This document shows, one piece after another, positions 60,180 through 64,000 of a stretch of 64,000 nucleotides of DNA. The position numbers and the translations under genes are program-made. Position 1 is the stretch's first letter. Each line of letters starts with the position of its first letter. Location of the stretch: positions 93,997-157,996 of the forward strand of contig RDOA01000001.1 in the NCBI GenBank assembly GCA_011364925.1. Direction: 5' to 3'. The DNA is from Promethearchaeota archaeon. GTDB lineage: Archaea; Asgardarchaeota; Lokiarchaeia; Sigyniarchaeales; SOKP01. Below the pieces are notes generated by a model. That model saw only the letters and a program-made list of their open reading frames with translations. It ran no database searches and was not told the DNA's origin.

Positions 60180-60947
60180 CTATATTGCGCCTGCTAATTC
60201 CTCATTTTTTGCGAGATCGTAATATATATCTTTTTTTAAGAAATATTGGTTAATCCGCTTATAACTGCGCTTCATAGTTAAGTTTCTTGCACTTGTTAAC
60301 ACAGAAATGAAATTCAGCGTTCTGACTTTTCCTTTGTTCAGCTTTTTCGTTAGATAAATTAATGAATCTGAAAACACCTTATCGATTCCCAGTGAGTTTG
60401 GAGGCGTTTTAAATCCTCCGGTTTTTAAAAATACATCTCTTCTAACAATCATATTACACCCAGCAAGCTCAGGATATCCCAATAATGACTTTAATAAATA
60501 GAATATATGCATATTGAAGTTAAGTAAGGTAAATTGGGTGATCGTTAATTTTTTTGAAGCAACTCTGAACGAAAGAACCTTTCCATTATAATAATTAACT
60601 CTCGCACTGCACGCGTATAACTTTTTACGAACTTTGAAAATCTCGTAAATTCTTTGAAAGAAGTCTGGACAAAGCAGCGTATCAGCGTCTAAAAAAATGA
60701 TTAAATCTCCGGAAGTTTTAGAGCAACCATAATTTAATTGATTTGCTTTACCTTTTTTAGGGGAAATGAGCACTTTTGCATATTCTTTAGCAATATTAAT
60801 CGTGTTATCAGTGCTATGTCCATCAACTACAACAACTTCATAGGTAAGGTTACATTGTTGTTGTTTCACTGATAATAATGTGTTTCTTATATATTTTTCC
60901 TCGTTATAAGTAGGGATAATAACTGAGATCTCTGGAATGTTACTCAT
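60180..60947 (-). CDS. Glycosyltransferase family 2
   Basis: ISVIIPTYNEE, VVDGHSTDNT, IFLDAD, F...GGF, TSAR. Confidence 0.92.
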   Translation of the reverse strand: MSNIPEISVIIPTYNEEKYIRNTLLSVKQQQCNLTYEVVVVDGHSTDNTINIAKEYAKVLISPKKGKANQLNYGCSKTSGDLIIFLDADTLLCPDFFQRIYEIFKVRKKLYACSARVNYYNGKVLSFRVASKKLTITQFTLLNFNMHIFYLLKSLLGYPELAGCNMIVRRDVFLKTGGFKTPPNSLGIDKVFSDSLIYLTKKLNKGKVRTLNFISVLTSARNLTMKRSYKRINQYFLKKDIYYDLAKNEELAGAI

Positions 60948-61051
60948 TGCTTTCTCTGGTTTAATGAAAATTAATATATTTTTAGAAGATGAAGTGTTAT
61001 TATTATAAATAATAGAATGATTAAATAATTATTTGAAACAAGCTAAAGACA

Positions 61052-62179
61052 ATGACAAAAGTTTCGGGTAAAATGAAATTTTGGACTAAGGGCTTCGTAA
61101 TTTCATTTCTTTTTTTAATTTTAAACGCGATGTTAATCGTGCTCTTAATTGTTAGCCACATATTTCTGTCGATTCCTTGGATCGATCTATTGTATAGTTA
61201 TCTACGACCATGGTTGTTGTTAATTTTCTATGATTATAACCTCTTTATATACGGAGGAATTTTCATTAGTTACACTGTTTTACTTGTTCTGTACGTTCTA
61301 GGGTATAATTTGGCAAAGGTCAGACGGATGGTGGGTTCTATTATATATGTTTTTAGTTTATTAGGATTTGTTTTAGTAACATTCGTTGCCGTTCATTATT
61401 CATACGCTAGCATCTTATTTAATCAAGATCTAACTTTGAATGTAAGACTCATGTTTCTATTACTTTTATTACCCATGATTTTTGCGCTCAGTTTGTTTCT
61501 CGTTTTAGTTAACACCGATTTCCTCATTTTTTTCAAGGATTTAGTTAAGGCTCGCAAGATTTGGAGACATAAAAGACCCGAATTCGAAATCGAAGTTAAG
61601 GGAAAAATTACTTATATCAATATAAAAACAGAGGAATTTGTTTTTACTCCAGTACCGATGCTGATCATAGCACAATATCTACAAACTAAAGGATATTCTG
61701 TCTCGTGGTTTGTGAGAGGCGCTTTTAATCATTTAATTTCTTTAATAATTACTTATTTAATTGGATGGCCAAGAGCTAAAAACGCACTATTTAGATTTAC
61801 GGGGATGAAGGTTGGGGAAAATTGCTCAATATCTCAAAAAGCCTCCCCGGACCCTCTATTGCCTGAGTTAATAGAATTTGAAGAGGGAAGTGGATGTGGT
61901 ATTGGTGTAAAACTACTGACTCACAATGCAATGAATATAAAGCATGGAAGTTTTAGTTTTGGTCCAATCAAAGTGTGTAGAAACGCTAGGATTGGCGCGT
62001 ATTCTGTTGTATTACCCGGTGTCACTATTGGGGAAGGATCAATTATTGGTGCAAACTCTTTGGTTTCAGATGATATTCCTCCATTCTCTATCGCATTTGG
62101 ATCGCCAGCCAAAGTTGTCCGGGAATTAACTGAGGCTGAAAAAGCAGAAGTAGACATAAATTACCGAGTTAAATCATAA
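61052..62179 (+). CDS. Membrane protein with a C-terminal hexapeptide-repeat (left-handed beta-helix) acyltransferase domain
   Basis: About four N-terminal TM helices; GMKVGEN, PELI...G..IG....LTH, IGAYSVVLPGVTIGEGSIIGANSLV..DIPP.....GSPAK. Confidence 0.88.
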   Translation: MTKVSGKMKFWTKGFVISFLFLILNAMLIVLLIVSHIFLSIPWIDLLYSYLRPWLLLIFYDYNLFIYGGIFISYTVLLVLYVLGYNLAKVRRMVGSIIYVFSLLGFVLVTFVAVHYSYASILFNQDLTLNVRLMFLLLLLPMIFALSLFLVLVNTDFLIFFKDLVKARKIWRHKRPEFEIEVKGKITYINIKTEEFVFTPVPMLIIAQYLQTKGYSVSWFVRGAFNHLISLIITYLIGWPRAKNALFRFTGMKVGENCSISQKASPDPLLPELIEFEEGSGCGIGVKLLTHNAMNIKHGSFSFGPIKVCRNARIGAYSVVLPGVTIGEGSIIGANSLVSDDIPPFSIAFGSPAKVVRELTEAEKAEVDINYRVKS

Positions 62180-62948
62180 CGAAGTCGTGTATCAGTTTAT
62201 TAACTTTAATGTGACTTTTTACCATTACTCTATGGGGGCTATTTTCAATAATATGTAATTCTGAATTAGGAATGAGGCTATCCAGAGTAACAAGCTCTGA
62301 TTTGGTGATAATTCTGTCATCGGTTCCATAGAGAATGAGTGTGGGTTGAGAGATGTCAGCAATGTTTTCGTTTTTATTAAATTTAAAAGTCATATTGTTG
62401 AAAGTTCTTAATACGACTGGTTTTGGAATAGTTAATGCATATTTTAATTGTCTTCTGAACTCTCTATTCTCCTCTTCTATGGAATTTATTCGTTTTAATG
62501 TTCCCTTCAAAAAATTTGTGTAAGTTATTCTAAAAATTGCATTAATCCAAAATAACAGGAACTTATTGAATGAGAGTTGAGAAATTGCAGATGTGCTAAT
62601 TAAAATTAGTTTATTCACTAACTCGGGATTTTGAATAGCTATATTTTGAGCAATTAATCCTCCTAAAGAGTGCCCAATAAGTATTGCTTTAGTATACCCA
62701 AGTTGATGGATAAAATCGACTATTACCTTAGAAAAAAAATCAATCGAATAATTTTCATTAGGTTTATCAGACTTACCATATCCTGGAAGATCGAGAAGAA
62801 TTATATGATTTCTTGACTTAAAATAAGCTATTTGATAAATCCATTCAAAAGAACTTCCTAACCACCCATGAATAAATAGTAGCGGAGTTCCTTTTAGTCT
62901 ATTCTCAACATAGAAAAGTTTTAATTGATTTATGTTAATGAATGGCAA
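62169..62948 (-). CDS. Alpha/beta-fold hydrolase
   Basis: FIHGW, DLPGYGKSD, nucleophile GHSLGG, G..D, H in ENSPH. Likely TTG start at 62948. Confidence 0.9.
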   Translation of the reverse strand: MPFININQLKLFYVENRLKGTPLLFIHGWLGSSFEWIYQIAYFKSRNHIILLDLPGYGKSDKPNENYSIDFFSKVIVDFIHQLGYTKAILIGHSLGGLIAQNIAIQNPELVNKLILISTSAISQLSFNKFLLFWINAIFRITYTNFLKGTLKRINSIEEENREFRRQLKYALTIPKPVVLRTFNNMTFKFNKNENIADISQPTLILYGTDDRIITKSELVTLDSLIPNSELHIIENSPHRVMVKSHIKVNKLIHDFVMI

Positions 62949-62967
62949 TTTTTTATCGTGAAAAAAG

Positions 62968-63999
62968 TTACAAAAATCTGTATTTGTAAATGAAACTTCT
63001 AATCGGATGCTTAATAAAATATGTAGGATTCCAATAACATGGTTTAAAACAATTACAATATTCAAACTTGAATTTGTTGACGTTTTTCAACCGTTTTTTA
63101 CGAGATAATTTTATGAAATCGCTGAAAGGAATATTAGTATTAACATCTTCGCAAACCATTACAGTTCCGTCGTTATCAATAGCATAGTATAAATCACATA
63201 CATCACACGTCCAAGAATACTTTTTCTGATACCATTTATTCATGTAATAATAATATACATTCGGTGACCAGACTCGAATACCTTGTCTTTTTAATTTAAC
63301 GATTACTTCTCTCAATTTATTCATTAAATCCGTGTTTAATGACAGTTCAGGACAATAGCTCCTATATTTGTACTGTTCACTAACATTTAACGAAGAATGA
63401 ACAGGGTCGATGGAGAAACGGCATTCAAGCTCATTATGAATTGTTTTTATTAATGGGACGAGTTCATTTAAATTTTCATTCGTGATTAAAATATGAAAAG
63501 TATAATCGATCCTATTAGGATATTTTTTTTTAATCTTTTGTAGCAATTTTATTAATTCTGGACGGTAGTTTTTTGAGCTAAAACTAGGCATTGAGATACC
63601 GTCAACACCTATTCCTAAAATTATATATCCATAGGATGCAAATTCTTCAAGTAACTGTTCGTTTAACAAAGATCCGTTTGTTACTATGTGAGTGTACATA
63701 TTTAAGTCTATGCAGTGTTTTAATAATTCGCCTAAATCTGACCGCAGTGTTGGTTCACCACCATAAATAGTAATGAACCGACACCCTTCGTTATATATTT
63801 GAGTTACAATGTTATTCCATTGCTTTACTGGAATATCTGGATTCCTTTTGCTTTTTGAGGTAGCACAATAATGGCAATTAAAGTTACAATCCCTTGTAAA
63901 GAACGCACTTACAAAAACAGGACCTTTAATTACTCCAAATACTCTTTTAAGATAACTTACTCCTAAATTTCTTAAAATCGTATTTTTTTTATTTACCAT
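62968..63999 (-). CDS. Radical SAM protein with a C-terminal Cys-rich (SPASM/twitch-like) region
   Basis: TRDCNFNCHYC, GGEPTLR, VTNGSLL, C......IDNDG.V..CED, C.C..PC. The start lies at the window edge. Confidence 0.88.
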   Translation of the reverse strand: MVNKKNTILRNLGVSYLKRVFGVIKGPVFVSAFFTRDCNFNCHYCATSKSKRNPDIPVKQWNNIVTQIYNEGCRFITIYGGEPTLRSDLGELLKHCIDLNMYTHIVTNGSLLNEQLLEEFASYGYIILGIGVDGISMPSFSSKNYRPELIKLLQKIKKKYPNRIDYTFHILITNENLNELVPLIKTIHNELECRFSIDPVHSSLNVSEQYKYRSYCPELSLNTDLMNKLREVIVKLKRQGIRVWSPNVYYYYMNKWYQKKYSWTCDVCDLYYAIDNDGTVMVCEDVNTNIPFSDFIKLSRKKRLKNVNKFKFEYCNCFKPCYWNPTYFIKHPIRSFIYKYRFL

Positions 64000-64000
64000 A

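Noticed and set aside
62949-63065. N-terminal extension of the alpha/beta hydrolase in the ORF track
   Set aside because: It overlaps the upstream radical SAM gene; family similarity begins at LPFININ (TTG 62948).

Overview
AT-rich archaeal DNA. The gene content points to an Asgard archaeon, probably Lokiarchaeia: a Rag-family GTPase, longin and roadblock domains, an archaeal RNase P RNA, Gram-positive/archaeal-type DnaK, and large sequon-rich surface proteins. The taxonomy is inferred, not proven. In order, the window holds: the end of a dmsAB-like Mo-oxidoreductase; a four-gene locus (surface receptor-like protein, Rag GTPase, FLCN/NPRL2-like longin protein, roadblock protein), which is the best candidate for an undescribed system; a chimeric deletion scar; a PadR regulator with palindromic operators ahead of an orphan glycyl-radical activase/sulfatase cluster; H+-PPase; stomatin; RNase P RNA; a ~3,190-aa surface protein with 18 x 276-bp tandem repeats; dnaK-dnaJ with divergent grpE; pirin; a beta-helix/TM/WD40 receptor-like protein; an acyl-CoA mutase operon with isobutyryl-CoA-mutase residues; and a 12-kb cluster of four B12-binding radical SAM enzymes with another radical SAM, GT2, deacetylase, acyltransferase and hydrolase genes. 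Several genes may start at ATT codons. No tRNA, rRNA, CRISPR array or transposase was recognised. All calls come from reading motifs by eye; no database search was run.
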